NCBI GenBank assembly: GCA_963802945.1
Contig: CAWDKY010000027.1
Span: 128,001-192,000 of the forward strand
Reading direction: 5' to 3'
Length of the DNA: 64,000 nucleotides
Source: an uncultured delta proteobacterium
GTDB taxonomy: Bacteria; Desulfobacterota; RBG-13-43-22
Within the stretch, counting starts at the first letter, position 1. The number at the start of each line of letters is the position of its first letter. This document shows positions 28,888-39,822 of this stretch, one piece after another. The translations under genes were made by a program, and so were the position numbers. The notes under the pieces are model-generated. The model had not been told where the DNA came from. It made no database searches and saw only the letters and a list, made by a program, of their open reading frames with translations.

Positions 28888-29475
28888 ATGAAAAAATTTT
28901 TATTGATCGGATTGATTTTTTCTCTGTGGGTTCTGAACTTGTCCGGATGCGGCTATAACACCATCCAGACCAATGAAGAAGCGGTCAAAGCCGCCTGGGG
29001 AGATGTTGAGTCGTCTTATCAAAGAAGAAACGACCTGATCCCCAACCTGGTCGAAGTGGTCAAGGGCTATGCCAAACATGAAAAGGAAACCCTGACGGCC
29101 GTTACCGAGGCCAGGGCCAAAGTGGGATCGATTCAAATGAGCAAGGATATGTTGAACGACCCTAATGCCTTCAGCCAGTTTCAAAAGGCCCAGGGGGATA
29201 TGAGCAGTGCCCTGTCCAAACTGATGGTCGTGGTGGAAAAATATCCGGACCTCAAGGCCAACCAGAATTTTCAAGACCTGCAACACCAACTGGAAGGGAC
29301 AGAAAATCGAATTAATGTGGCCAGGGACCGCTTCAATAAGAAGGTTGCGGTTTTTAACAGCTCCATTCGTATCTTTCCCAATAATCTGACCAATAAATTT
29401 TTATTGGGCTTAAAACTCAAAGAGCCTTTTAAGGCCGAAGCCGGGGCTGAAAAAGCGCCAACAGTAAAATTTTAA
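28888..29475 (+). CDS. lemA: LemA family protein
   Basis: [25 protein letters not shown] and LEGTENRI. Confidence 0.93.
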   Translation: MKKFLLIGLIFSLWVLNLSGCGYNTIQTNEEAVKAAWGDVESSYQRRNDLIPNLVEVVKGYAKHEKETLTAVTEARAKVGSIQMSKDMLNDPNAFSQFQKAQGDMSSALSKLMVVVEKYPDLKANQNFQDLQHQLEGTENRINVARDRFNKKVAVFNSSIRIFPNNLTNKFLLGLKLKEPFKAEAGAEKAPTVKF

Positions 29476-29602
29476 AAACAAAAGGGTTCAAGGGATCCGA
29501 AATTTTAGGATTCAAGCTGAAAGACTTTAGAAACCCCTTGAACCCTGGCCGCTGAGGCAGATGCGAATCCTTATTTATATTTTTGAAAAGAATGGTTAAA
29601 AA

Positions 29603-30475
29603 ATGAAAAAAGTCGCTCTGGTCTTGTCTTTTTTTCTATACGTCCTTCCCTCCCTGGTACAGGCCCTGGAGGTCCCCAGACTGCAGGACTATATCAATGA
29701 TTATGCCTCCATGATCTCTCCGGCGGCCAAGTCCCAGCTGGAGAGCGAGTTAAAAGCCTTCGAACAATCCGATTCCACCCAGTTGGTCGTTTTAACAATT
29801 CCCTCGTTGGAGGGCGATACGATCGAAGGGTTCGGTATCAAGGTGGGCGATGTCTGGAAGATCGGCCAAAAAAACAAGGACAACGGAATCATCGTTGTCG
29901 TTGCCAAACAGGAACACAAGATACGAATTGAGGTCGGCCGAGGTCTGGAAGGCCGTTTGACGGATCTGTTGGCCGGAAGGATAGTGGACTTGGTCATAAC
30001 ACCCAGGTTCAAAAGAGGAGACTATGACGGCGGATTCCAGGCCGGAGTTTCCGCCCTCATCGACGCCACCCGAGGGGAATTTAAAGCCGACGAAGGGCAT
30101 CCGGCAACTCAAAATAAGGGCGCCCCTTCATTCTTGACTTTTCTTATTGCCGGTTTTGTCGCCCTTTTATTCATTGGCAGCCTTTCCCGTATTTTGGGAG
30201 GTATTGCCGGAACCGTTGGTTTACCGGCCTTGCTTCATTTCGGTCTTTTCCCCTTGGGAATAGTTTCGTTGATCCTTTCCGCCCTGGCCGGATTCGGGTT
30301 AGGGATGTTTTTGCCGTCTCTTTTTTCCAGTACCGGAATGGGGAAGGGAGGCGGATTTTGGCCTGGCGGATTTTTCCCAACCGGCGGTGGCGGCTGGGGC
30401 GGAGGGGACTCGGGGGGAGGTTTCTTCGGTGGTGGTGGGGGCTTCGGCGGCGGCGGGGCCTCCGGGGATTGGTGA
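29603..30475 (+). CDS. TPM-domain (YgcG-like) membrane protein
   Basis: RIEVGRGLEG.LTD and a Gly-rich tail GGGGASGDW. Confidence 0.88.
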   Translation: MKKVALVLSFFLYVLPSLVQALEVPRLQDYINDYASMISPAAKSQLESELKAFEQSDSTQLVVLTIPSLEGDTIEGFGIKVGDVWKIGQKNKDNGIIVVVAKQEHKIRIEVGRGLEGRLTDLLAGRIVDLVITPRFKRGDYDGGFQAGVSALIDATRGEFKADEGHPATQNKGAPSFLTFLIAGFVALLFIGSLSRILGGIAGTVGLPALLHFGLFPLGIVSLILSALAGFGLGMFLPSLFSSTGMGKGGGFWPGGFFPTGGGGWGGGDSGGGFFGGGGGFGGGGASGDW

Positions 30476-30537
30476 GATCGAATTAAAGTTCAAGGTTCAA
30501 GGTGTGATAAAAAAACAAAATAATTCGGGTTGAGGAA

Positions 30538-31170
30538 ATGAAATCGGCTGCAACTTTTTTTACCGAGGAAGAGAAAACCAAAATCAAGGAAACGACCCAG
30601 ACCATTGAATTGAAAACTGATGGAGAGATCGCGGTGATGGTAGTGGACAACAGCGATCATTATCTGGAAGCTGAGGTCTTGGGAGGAATTGTTTTCGCGA
30701 GTCTTCTAGCCTTAGCCGCTTCGGTTCTATTTTTCCATGAATCCCTTTATGCTTATATCCCTTTAAGCTTTGTCCTCTTTTTCCCTTTTCGATGGATCGG
30801 AGCCAAATTCTCTCGTCTGAAATTGGTTTTTATCGGACATCATCGGAAAGTAGCGACTGTTCATCATAGGGCACTTCGAGCCTTTTACGAAAAAAGGCTT
30901 GATCAAACTAAATATCATACCGGGGTTTTGTTTTTCATTTCTTTGCTGGAGCGAAAAGTCTGGGTTCTGGCTGATAAGGGCATTCATAAAAAGATGGAGC
31001 AAGAAACCCTCAATCAGTTTGCTAAGATGGTTTCTCGGGGAATCAAAGAAGACCGGGCCTGTGAGTCCCTCTGTCAGGCCATCGAGGGCATCGGACGATT
31101 ACTGGCTGAACATTTTCCTCTCACCCCTGGTCATAAAGACGAATTGCCCGCCGAAGTAATGACCGAATAA
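30538..31170 (+). CDS. TPM-domain membrane protein (LemA operon third gene)
   Basis: TDGEI, TGVLFFISLLERKV.VLADKGI and DELP motifs. Confidence 0.82.
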   Translation: MKSAATFFTEEEKTKIKETTQTIELKTDGEIAVMVVDNSDHYLEAEVLGGIVFASLLALAASVLFFHESLYAYIPLSFVLFFPFRWIGAKFSRLKLVFIGHHRKVATVHHRALRAFYEKRLDQTKYHTGVLFFISLLERKVWVLADKGIHKKMEQETLNQFAKMVSRGIKEDRACESLCQAIEGIGRLLAEHFPLTPGHKDELPAEVMTE

Positions 31171-31191
31171 GAATAACTTCAAGGAGGATGT

Positions 31192-31608
31192 ATGGATTAT
31201 TTACAAATGACCTCACCCTGCGGTTTGGATTGTTTTAATTGCACCATGTCTCAGACCAAAGACAATCCGAACCTGCGGATAAAAATTGCTAAAAATTTGG
31301 AGATTCCCGAGGAAAAGGCTACCTGCCAGGGATGCCGCGGGGAGAATGGGACGATAGCTTTTTTAAACATGACCGAGCCTTGCAGCGTCTATCAATGCAT
31401 CAAGAAAAAAGATATTGATTTTTGCTATGAGTGTTCCGATTTCCCCTGTGACTATCTCCACCCCTTTGCCGACCTGGCCTCGCAGAGGCCGCACAACACC
31501 AAGGTCTTTAATTTGTGCCTGATTAAAAAGATGGGGTTGGAATCGTGGGCCAAGACCAAAGCTAAAAAGGTGAGAGACACTTATTTCCAAGGAAAGTTTA
31601 AGCTCTAA
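31192..31608 (+). CDS. DUF3795-like Cys-rich protein
   Basis: PCGLDCFNC...CQGC...FCYECSDFPC. Confidence 0.75.
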   Translation: MDYLQMTSPCGLDCFNCTMSQTKDNPNLRIKIAKNLEIPEEKATCQGCRGENGTIAFLNMTEPCSVYQCIKKKDIDFCYECSDFPCDYLHPFADLASQRPHNTKVFNLCLIKKMGLESWAKTKAKKVRDTYFQGKFKL

Positions 31609-31644
31609 CCATAATACCGAGGTAAATGCCGGCCAATAATTCAA

Positions 31645-31829
31645 AGCTTGAGTATTATCATTAGCGCGGCACCAACAAGAACGGCAAGCTCAGCATGCAG
31701 TAATGCTTGGGCATGTCAAAAGCGCCAAAGAAGATGAAAAAAAACTGTAAATACTGGGATACCAGCGGCGATGGAGTTATTACCGAAGACGAGTATGTCC
31801 AGCAGTTCAAGAAGATTAAGAGGAAATAA
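31645..31829 (+). pseudogene. Degraded EF-hand protein remnant
   Basis: In-frame TNKNGKLSMQ* ... WDTSGDGVITEDEY with two internal stops. Confidence 0.55.
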
Positions 31830-31968
31830 AGTGTCCTGACCAGTATTTGGGTTGACGGACAGTGTCAAAATAACTCTTCTTGCGACTTTCACCTACAAGT
31901 CTTCTAAGACGATCACTTTCGAAAAATAGCGATTACCATTTGAAATGCGCATGGTGAGTTGAATAACT

Positions 31969-33648
31969 TTAATGCTGTTTGTTCCTCTTCTCCTCGTACA
32001 TCAACGTGTCTGCCTGAGCCATAAGTTCATCGAGAGAAAAGGGTTTTTTAGGGTCATAAGGTGCTATACCTATGCTCAGGGAGAGTGTATAGCTTCTTCC
32101 TTCAAGTCTGTTGTAATCATCAAGATAATTATGTAGACGCTTCATGAGGACTTCTCTGGTTTCATCGGTGGTATCTATTACGAGGATGGCAAATTCATCA
32201 CCCCCCACACGGCCTATGATATCTGATTCCCTGAATACCTCTTTGAGGATAGTTGCAATCTCAACAAGTGCCTTGTCACCCTCCTGGTGACCCAATGTAT
32301 CATTAATCTGCTTCATCTTATCCAGATCAGCAAAGAAGAGGAGCATGTCTTTCTTGGTCCTCTCTGTTACCTTCATCTGCTGCTGGGCAAGGGTGAAGAA
32401 CCCTCGTCTGTTGTTTAAACCCGTAAGGTCATCCATTATTGACATGGTCTGGAGTTTTTCTTCCAGTCGCTTGCGCTTAGTGATGTCCCTGGAAAGACCT
32501 CGGAATCCGACTGGCTTGCCTTCTTTATTTCTTATTAGAGATACCGAAATTTCGTTAAATCCGTTAGTCCCGTCTTTCTTGATAAATTCCCCCTCAAACG
32601 CCCTAATCTGTTCCCCTGTTCTGAATACCCTATTGAAGAGCTCATACATTTTTTTAGCGGCTGTTTCATCGGTATATCGCTTGTAGTTCATCCCGATCAA
32701 TTCTTCCCGGGTATATCCAAGATCGCTACACTCGGCGTCGTTAACAAAGGTAAAATTTCCGGTAAGGTCAACCTCAAAATAACCCTCTTGGGTGTTATCA
32801 AGAATGGTCCGGTATTTCTCCTCACTCTGGATCAGCGCCTCTTCCGCCCGCTTGCGCTCGGTGATGTCAAACATGGTAGACCTGATCATCAAGTAGTGCC
32901 CGGGTGAGTCATAGATGACTGAGGCATTCAATAACACCGGGAACGTTGTACCGTCTTTGCGAATTATTTCTAGTTCTAATTCCCCTACAAATCCTTCGGT
33001 TTTAAGGCGTGAAAAATTTTCCCGGAAGGTTGGCAGGTTCTCTGAGGCGATCAAGTCGGAAAACTTTTTTTTCCCAATCAGCTCGTTCCGGGTATATCCC
33101 AACCATCTAAGTTCAGTATGGTTGATTCGTTGGAATATGCCGTTTTCGTCTAATGAGTGATAGCCACAAGGGGCGTTGTTATATAGATCTTCAATCTCTT
33201 CCGCCGATTTACGCAGTTGGGCCGTTCTTTCCGCCACCTGGATTTCAAGCTTGGTCCGCAACCGACTCAGTTCGAGATGGGTCCTCACTCGCGCCAGGAG
33301 TTCTTCGCGCTGGTAGGGCTTGGAAATAAAATCAACTGCCCCAAGCCCGAATCCTTTCACATTTACATCGAGGTCTGTAAGACCGCTAATAATCATTACA
33401 GGGATATCGCGGCTATCTTCCTGCGCTTTAAGCCGTCGGCAGACTTCGAATCCATCTATGCCCGGCAAGCCGATATCCAGAAAAATCAGCCCGGGCGGCT
33501 CGGACGCCACGGAGCGAAGCGCCAGTTCTCCGCTACCGGCTGAGCGCACCTGGAAGCCCCCAGTCGACAAGATATTCGTAAGCAGCCTCACCGCCAGCGG
33601 ATCGTCGTCGACAATAAGTATTTCATCTTGCTCGGTCATAAACCACAC
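31969..33648 (-). CDS. REC-PAS-PAS diguanylate cyclase
   Basis: Receiver domain, PAS/PAC repeats, intact GGDEF and an RESD I-site. Confidence 0.93.
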   Translation of the reverse strand: MWFMTEQDEILIVDDDPLAVRLLTNILSTGGFQVRSAGSGELALRSVASEPPGLIFLDIGLPGIDGFEVCRRLKAQEDSRDIPVMIISGLTDLDVNVKGFGLGAVDFISKPYQREELLARVRTHLELSRLRTKLEIQVAERTAQLRKSAEEIEDLYNNAPCGYHSLDENGIFQRINHTELRWLGYTRNELIGKKKFSDLIASENLPTFRENFSRLKTEGFVGELELEIIRKDGTTFPVLLNASVIYDSPGHYLMIRSTMFDITERKRAEEALIQSEEKYRTILDNTQEGYFEVDLTGNFTFVNDAECSDLGYTREELIGMNYKRYTDETAAKKMYELFNRVFRTGEQIRAFEGEFIKKDGTNGFNEISVSLIRNKEGKPVGFRGLSRDITKRKRLEEKLQTMSIMDDLTGLNNRRGFFTLAQQQMKVTERTKKDMLLFFADLDKMKQINDTLGHQEGDKALVEIATILKEVFRESDIIGRVGGDEFAILVIDTTDETREVLMKRLHNYLDDYNRLEGRSYTLSLSIGIAPYDPKKPFSLDELMAQADTLMYEEKRNKQH

Positions 33649-33688
33649 CCATATCCCAGTTTTGATAATGAAAATCTTTTTACGTTCT
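32836..33688. repeat. 853-bp direct repeat copy 1 (REC + first PAS and upstream region)
   Basis: Nearly identical to 41563-42415 (offset 8727 bp). Confidence 0.95.
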
Positions 33689-33988
33689 ATGCAGTTTTAA
33701 TATCAGACAACCAATAAAAGACCTCACCTCTCTCTTGAGGAACGGGGTCTATTTTTTACATTTTGCTGATTTCCACTTGAACTCTTCTTATTTTTTCAAA
33801 ATCTAATTTTGAAGATTTCAAGGAAGAAATGTTTCAAAATTGAAGGACAAATGCACCCGCCACTCTGATTTTGAAGACTCCACCTACAAGTCCTCAAAAA
33901 ACATAGCCCTATAAATGCACGATTACTGTTTGAAAGCAAGCGATTTAAAGCAAAGAAAATTTATAAATCAGACCTATCATTTTCCGGT

Positions 33989-36900
33989 TTACTCAAACCC
34001 AAACCCTTTCTCCTTGAATAATTTCAGACACACTTCCACTACTTCCGGGTCGTAAAGGATCCCTTTGTTCTTCTCGATCTCCTCCAGAGCGGCATCAATT
34101 CCCAATGCGGGCCGATAAGGCCGATGTGAAGCCATGGCTTCAACAACGTCTGCCACCGTAAGGATCTTAGCTTCAAGAAGAATGTTTTCTCCCACTAGTT
34201 TATTAGGATATCCCGACCCATCCATCTTCTCATGATGCTCCAGAACGATTCTGGCAATAGGCCAGGGGAATTCAATGTCTTTAAGGATTTCATATCCAGA
34301 CTGAGAATGTTCTTGGATTAACTTATATTCAATTTTTTTTAACTTCGTGGATTTGGTGAGAATTTCCGCAGGAACGGCAATCTTGCCAAGATCATGGATG
34401 ACAGCTGCCATTCGGACACCTTCAATTTGATGGATCGGAAGGTCCATTTCTGAAGCAATGGCCTGAGCCAGTGCGGCAACCCGTCTCTGATGTCCCGCCG
34501 TGTAAGGATCACGAGATTCAACCACAGTAGCCATCGCCTTAACCGTTCCAGATAATGCCTGTTGAAGCTGATCAAAACTCTCTTTGAGATTAGCTTCTGC
34601 TTTACGTGATATGATAATTTTGTACAATTCGTTGGCTACGAGTTGCAACTGGTCTACATCATGCTCATTGTATTCTTCTTTCTTGTTCCCCACGCCAAAT
34701 ATCACATGAACATCGTTATCTACTACAACAGGGATGCTCATAAAGCGCTTTAGTGGAGTATGACCTTCCGGAAGGCCCTTCTGGTTGGGAGAGTTAGGGA
34801 AATCATTATAAACAATTGGTTTTTTGTAACGAACGCAGTCAACCCAGTTTCCCGCTTGGTCCAGAGGATAATGATTGTCATAGACAGTGGTGCACGATTT
34901 AAGAGCCTCCGCATTCCAGGTTTTTAGAATAATAGTCTTACTGTTATCAGCAACCTGGTGAAAGAAACCGATTGCACTGTCAGTTAGGTTGACTGCTTTT
35001 TCAAGAACATAATCATAAAGTTCCTTGTCAGTCATGTGGGAAGCAACTAAATAAAGTTCTAGCAAAAGCTTTGTTCTGGCCACTTCTTTATTGATGCGAT
35101 CTTCCGCTAACTTGAGGTCGGTGATGTTCTCAATGGCAGACAGGGTGCATTGTTCCCCGTCGAGTTCGATCAATTCAGCGGAAAACAGGCAGGTGATCAC
35201 CTCGCCGCTCTTGGTGCGAACTTGCACCTCTTCGTTCCGCAATCCGCCATTCGCGAGGAAAATCGGCAACAGGCGTTCGCGATCAGCTCGATTCACCCAC
35301 AGACCCATGTCTATCATTGTGCTGGCAAGCGCTTCCTCGCGCGTGTATCCCATGATCTTTTCAAAGGCTTCGTTTACTTCGATCAATCTCTCATTGACGG
35401 TTGAACTAATGGTAAAAATAATGGGACTTTCCTTAAACGCCTTGGCGAATTTTTCCTCCGATCTGCGCAACAATTCTTCCGCCCGCTTGCGCTCGGTGAT
35501 GTCACTTCCGTAAATGGTAGTGTAACCGGCATCGATAATCGGCGCAATAGTGAACGAGAATGTGCGCTTGTTGTGTTCAAGATCGACCAATAGAACCGAT
35601 CCGCTGTTCATGACCTCAGAGACGACATCTTTCAGTATGGATGGAACGTCCTGGCCTACCTGTAACTGCCACTCCGTCAACTGGCTCATGCCGGCCTGGT
35701 TAATATAGAGCAGCGTGCCATCTCGGCCGATGCGCAAGACTGGGTTAGGATTTTCGGCTGGGAACATGGCCAGGTCATGTATTTCTTTCTCAGCCTGCTT
35801 GCGTTCGGTGATGTCTATGATTGCTCCTCTTATCCCAGTGGCATTATTCTGATGAATAATAGGAGAGGAATAGATAAGTCCGATAAACGTGCTGCCATCT
35901 TTCCTAATAAAGGTATATTCCTGGCCGGGGATTGATGCTCCCCGCATTACCTTCCCCATATTCTCCCCAACTTGTTGCCATTCTTCGGGGGCAAAGAACT
36001 GAAGTACGTTCATATCTTCATTGAAATCTTGATTATTATACCCGAAGGCTTTGAGGGCAGTTTGATTAAAGGAGATAAGACGACCTGTAGCATCAATTTC
36101 AAAAATTGATATTGGTAGGAAATCGGTCGTTTCACGGTATCGCTTTTCACTCACGCGTATCGCCTCTTCGTTCTGCTTGCGCTCGGTGATGTCCCTAATT
36201 GTCCCTAAAATGTGCCACTGTTTGTTTATTAGCACTGTGCTTATGGAAATTGAGATTGTAATAATCTCTCCGCCCTTCTTGTTGCCTTTCAATTCTAAGT
36301 CTTTGATAAAGCCTTTTTCTTTGAGTTCAGAAACCATTCTTGCGCGGTCATCTGGATCATTATAAAGGCCAAGCTCTAATGAGGTTCTGCCGATTACTTC
36401 ATCTCGCGTATATCCATAAACATCTTCAAAAACGGGATTAATATCGATGATTCGACCTTCTTCCAACGTGGCCCAATAAAAAGCATCCAAACCAGTCATG
36501 AATGATAATCTGAATTTTTCTTCACTCAGTTTCAATGATTCTTCTATTTTTTGGCGTTCGGTGATGTCTTCATAGATGCCGACAATGCCATAGGGAGTGT
36601 TGGTAGCATCAATAAGTGGAATTTTGGAGGTATCGATAACGATACGTGAGCCATCGGCTTGTTGGAGGGGCTCTATGATATGCAGTCGGGGTTCGTTAGC
36701 GGAGATGACGGCCAGGTCGTCGGCACGGTAAGCCTCGGCTTCTTGTCGCGGCCACGGAAGATCGAAGTCGGTTTTGCCGACGATAACATTCGGCGTGGCA
36801 AGACCGGCGGCCTTGGCAAAAGGTGCATTGCAGCCAAGGTATCTGCCGTTAAGATCTTTCCAGAAAATGGACTGAGGGATGGTATTAAGAATGGTTGAAT

Positions 36901-37516
36901 GCCGTTTCTCGTTTTCGATCGCGTCTTTGCGGTCGATACTGAGTTTGGTAATCACATTGGTCATGCGTACCAGAAGATCAAGGATGACCGGAATTTTCTC
37001 TTCATCGACAATGGGCACTTCCCGAAGAGCGGCAAGATAATCGGCAATATCAAAATCTAATTCCTCGGCTTGCCTGCGAAACCAAGCTTCGTCGGGTTCT
37101 TTAGTCAGAAATTGTCCGACAAAGACATTGGCGATATGTTTTCCTTCGATGATGATTGGGGAAGCGCAGTCAGTTAAGCCGTTTCTGCAGGCATAGATGG
37201 TATAAGTTTTTCCTTCCTGGAGTTGTGTCGCCAATTGGGTGTCGCTCTCGATACAACGGTCGCACGTTGTGGGATGGACGCGGTGGAACTGGGTGCAAAG
37301 GCGTCGCCATTGGGATGAGAGAAGGACATTGGCATTGAGATCAATGATGGCGACTGGAATATTGATGAGGTTATAATACGACTCAAACAGTTGCTGGATT
37401 TCGGTCGTCTTTAGCAACTCTTCCAACATCGAGGACATGGCGGGAAGATCGCCGCTGTATCGGTATGATGTTGGATCCTTCATATCCACGTAAATCTCAT
37501 AGTTATTGTTCATCAA
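33989..37516 (-). CDS. PocR sensor-multiPAS-GAF-HD-GYP phosphodiesterase
   Basis: N-terminal PocR-like region (YACRNGLTDCASPI), multiple DITERK PAC motifs, a GAF domain, HDLGK...HHEKMDGSGYP. Confidence 0.9.
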   Translation of the reverse strand: MMNNNYEIYVDMKDPTSYRYSGDLPAMSSMLEELLKTTEIQQLFESYYNLINIPVAIIDLNANVLLSSQWRRLCTQFHRVHPTTCDRCIESDTQLATQLQEGKTYTIYACRNGLTDCASPIIIEGKHIANVFVGQFLTKEPDEAWFRRQAEELDFDIADYLAALREVPIVDEEKIPVILDLLVRMTNVITKLSIDRKDAIENEKRHSTILNTIPQSIFWKDLNGRYLGCNAPFAKAAGLATPNVIVGKTDFDLPWPRQEAEAYRADDLAVISANEPRLHIIEPLQQADGSRIVIDTSKIPLIDATNTPYGIVGIYEDITERQKIEESLKLSEEKFRLSFMTGLDAFYWATLEEGRIIDINPVFEDVYGYTRDEVIGRTSLELGLYNDPDDRARMVSELKEKGFIKDLELKGNKKGGEIITISISISTVLINKQWHILGTIRDITERKQNEEAIRVSEKRYRETTDFLPISIFEIDATGRLISFNQTALKAFGYNNQDFNEDMNVLQFFAPEEWQQVGENMGKVMRGASIPGQEYTFIRKDGSTFIGLIYSSPIIHQNNATGIRGAIIDITERKQAEKEIHDLAMFPAENPNPVLRIGRDGTLLYINQAGMSQLTEWQLQVGQDVPSILKDVVSEVMNSGSVLLVDLEHNKRTFSFTIAPIIDAGYTTIYGSDITERKRAEELLRRSEEKFAKAFKESPIIFTISSTVNERLIEVNEAFEKIMGYTREEALASTMIDMGLWVNRADRERLLPIFLANGGLRNEEVQVRTKSGEVITCLFSAELIELDGEQCTLSAIENITDLKLAEDRINKEVARTKLLLELYLVASHMTDKELYDYVLEKAVNLTDSAIGFFHQVADNSKTIILKTWNAEALKSCTTVYDNHYPLDQAGNWVDCVRYKKPIVYNDFPNSPNQKGLPEGHTPLKRFMSIPVVVDNDVHVIFGVGNKKEEYNEHDVDQLQLVANELYKIIISRKAEANLKESFDQLQQALSGTVKAMATVVESRDPYTAGHQRRVAALAQAIASEMDLPIHQIEGVRMAAVIHDLGKIAVPAEILTKSTKLKKIEYKLIQEHSQSGYEILKDIEFPWPIARIVLEHHEKMDGSGYPNKLVGENILLEAKILTVADVVEAMASHRPYRPALGIDAALEEIEKNKGILYDPEVVEVCLKLFKEKGFGFE

Positions 37517-38257
37517 TGCTCCTTTTTTTCAGAAAAAAGGTTATGAAATAGTAGATCAATATACACTCCTTATGTGATTGGTTAATCCTAATGGCTCGAC
37601 TTTAGCGCATGATTCCTCCCGGATTACTCCGGTTGATCCCCTTAGATGCCCATTAAGATCGAGAGCCCCTTTGCCCTTTCAGGTTGTTATCTAGAAAAGT
37701 GTGACCGATTTCGCCAAAAAGGAAGGCTCAATAAAAAAACCTCCAAAGGAAATAGATATCCCTTATGGAGGTTTCGTATCGGTACTTTTTGAGAATCCCA
37801 CTTTATTTCCCGCTCCAAAAAGGTTGGGGTTAAGTTGGAATTTTTTCAATAAATTATAGTAATAATAGAATTATTGCTCCGTTGAGAGAAAAAGTCAATA
37901 GAACAGTGGTGAAATGATGTGACTGCATAGGTTTATAATATGCCTTATTAAGGATTTTCGTTTGAACTCTTGTCTTTTTTCAAAAGAGTAAATTTGAAAG
38001 TTACAAGGAAGAACTCCTCAAGTTTCCCCGACCATGGCCTCCACACTCCAAATTCAAATCTTTCACCTACAAGTCCTTAAAAAACATAGCCCTAAAAATT
38101 AACGATTACGGATAGAAATATGGGAGAGATGATTGGACAACCCTGTCCTTGAACTTGAGGTGTTATCGCTCCTTTTTGGCCATAGTCATCTCCTTCCTTT
38201 GGGCTGACTCAGAGGTTATCATATTGTCCAATTTTTAGGGACCACCTCAATCTGAAC

Positions 38258-39811
38258 TTACTCAAACATAAATCCTTTTTCCCTGAATAGTCTCAAACAC
38301 ACCTCTACTACCTCCGGGTCGTAGAGGATTCCTTTGTTCTTCTCGATCTCCTCAAGTGCGGCATCAATACTCAAAGCGAAACGATAAGGCCGATTAGAGA
38401 CCATGGCCTCCACCACATCGGCCACCATAAGGATACGCGCTTCCAGGGAGATTGATTCTCCCTTGAGCCCCCGGGGATACCCCGAACCATTCAGCCGTTC
38501 ATGGTGCTGATAGACAATTTCTGACAGAGGCCACGGAGAATCCACATCTTTCAGAAGTTCGTATCCTTTCTGGGAGTGTGTCTTCATCATAGAAAATTCG
38601 ACTGCGCTCATCTTTGAGGGCTTGCTCCAGATTTCCGTGGGAGTGGAAATTTTGCCGATCTCATAGATAGACGCAACCAGGCGGACACAATCAACCATTT
38701 CTTGGGGAAGACCCATTTCCTCCGCAATCGCCCCAGACAGGATGGAGACTCTTTGTTGGTGTCCGGCTGCATAGGGATCTTTGGTCTCTACGGCCATGAC
38801 CAGCGCCCGAAGGGTTACCCTTACTGCCTTGCGTAATTTCTCTTCGCTCTCACGCAGTTTCCCCTCCGCCTTTTTACGATCGGTTATGTCACATAGAAAA
38901 TTCAAAGTAGCCGGTTTCTCCTTCCATGGGACAACAACTGTCTTAGCCTCAACCCACCTGACCACGCCATCCCTTCTGATAACCCTAAAAGGATAAACCA
39001 GGGGGACTTCTTCACCTCTCATTCTCTTGACATTATTATCCATTACCATTTCACGATCATCAGGGTGGATAAACTCAATAAAAGGCTTTGAGGTTAACAC
39101 CTCCGGAGGGTATCCAAGTATTTTAACACCTCCAGGATTGACAAATTTTATCCTTCCCTCTTGGGTAATAGAAATCGATTCTGTCGCATTCTCAGCAATA
39201 AGACGATATTCCTCTTCCCTTGCCTTAAGATACTCCTCTGCTTGCTTGCGCTCGGTAATACGGGCGACGGAAATTATGCCGATAATCTTGCCTTGGCGCA
39301 TTAATGGAGATCCACTGATTTCACCATACTTTATGGTTCCATCCTTGGCGATAAACCGATAAGTTGTCGTCGAAGTTATTTTACCCTTTAAGACCAAACT
39401 TATATCAGCGATAGCCTGCTCAAAAGATTCCGGCGTAAGGATATATTCTAACTCGGAAACAAATCGGCCAACGAAATCTTTTGGTTTATACCCCAATATT
39501 TTCTCCACGCTTGGAGACATACTTAAAAAATTGAGATTGGTGTCAATTGTAAAAATAACATCGCTTACATTCTCAAAACTCATCCGACACTGCTCCTCCA
39601 ATATCTTCAACTTTTGATTAGCAATTTCTAGGTCTGACATTTTCTTTTCAAGTTTTTTAAAAAGGCCTTCATTGTGCCGCCGGAGGAACTCCATTTCTTC
39701 ACCGAGAGGCTTGGTCACTTCTTGCTTTACCGTATATTTTTCTTCCAACATCTCTTTTAACATATTCATAAAAATATCCGGTTCCTGGGGTTTAATAATG
39801 AATCGATCCAT
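38258..39811 (-). CDS. PAS-PAS-HD-GYP protein with degenerate HD motif and truncated REC
   Basis: HD is replaced by YE (SIYEIGK) while GYP is intact. The N-terminus DRFIIKP is the end of a receiver domain. Confidence 0.8.
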   Translation of the reverse strand: MDRFIIKPQEPDIFMNMLKEMLEEKYTVKQEVTKPLGEEMEFLRRHNEGLFKKLEKKMSDLEIANQKLKILEEQCRMSFENVSDVIFTIDTNLNFLSMSPSVEKILGYKPKDFVGRFVSELEYILTPESFEQAIADISLVLKGKITSTTTYRFIAKDGTIKYGEISGSPLMRQGKIIGIISVARITERKQAEEYLKAREEEYRLIAENATESISITQEGRIKFVNPGGVKILGYPPEVLTSKPFIEFIHPDDREMVMDNNVKRMRGEEVPLVYPFRVIRRDGVVRWVEAKTVVVPWKEKPATLNFLCDITDRKKAEGKLRESEEKLRKAVRVTLRALVMAVETKDPYAAGHQQRVSILSGAIAEEMGLPQEMVDCVRLVASIYEIGKISTPTEIWSKPSKMSAVEFSMMKTHSQKGYELLKDVDSPWPLSEIVYQHHERLNGSGYPRGLKGESISLEARILMVADVVEAMVSNRPYRFALSIDAALEEIEKNKGILYDPEVVEVCLRLFREKGFMFE

Positions 39812-39822
39812 CGTTTTCCGGT

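Noticed and set aside
30340-30475. G-rich low-complexity tract
   Set aside because: It encodes the standard Gly-rich tail of TPM-domain proteins.
37590-37785. c-di-GMP-I (GEMM) riboswitch
   Set aside because: The GGCAAACC...GACGCAAAG core is not present; kept only as an unclassified candidate.
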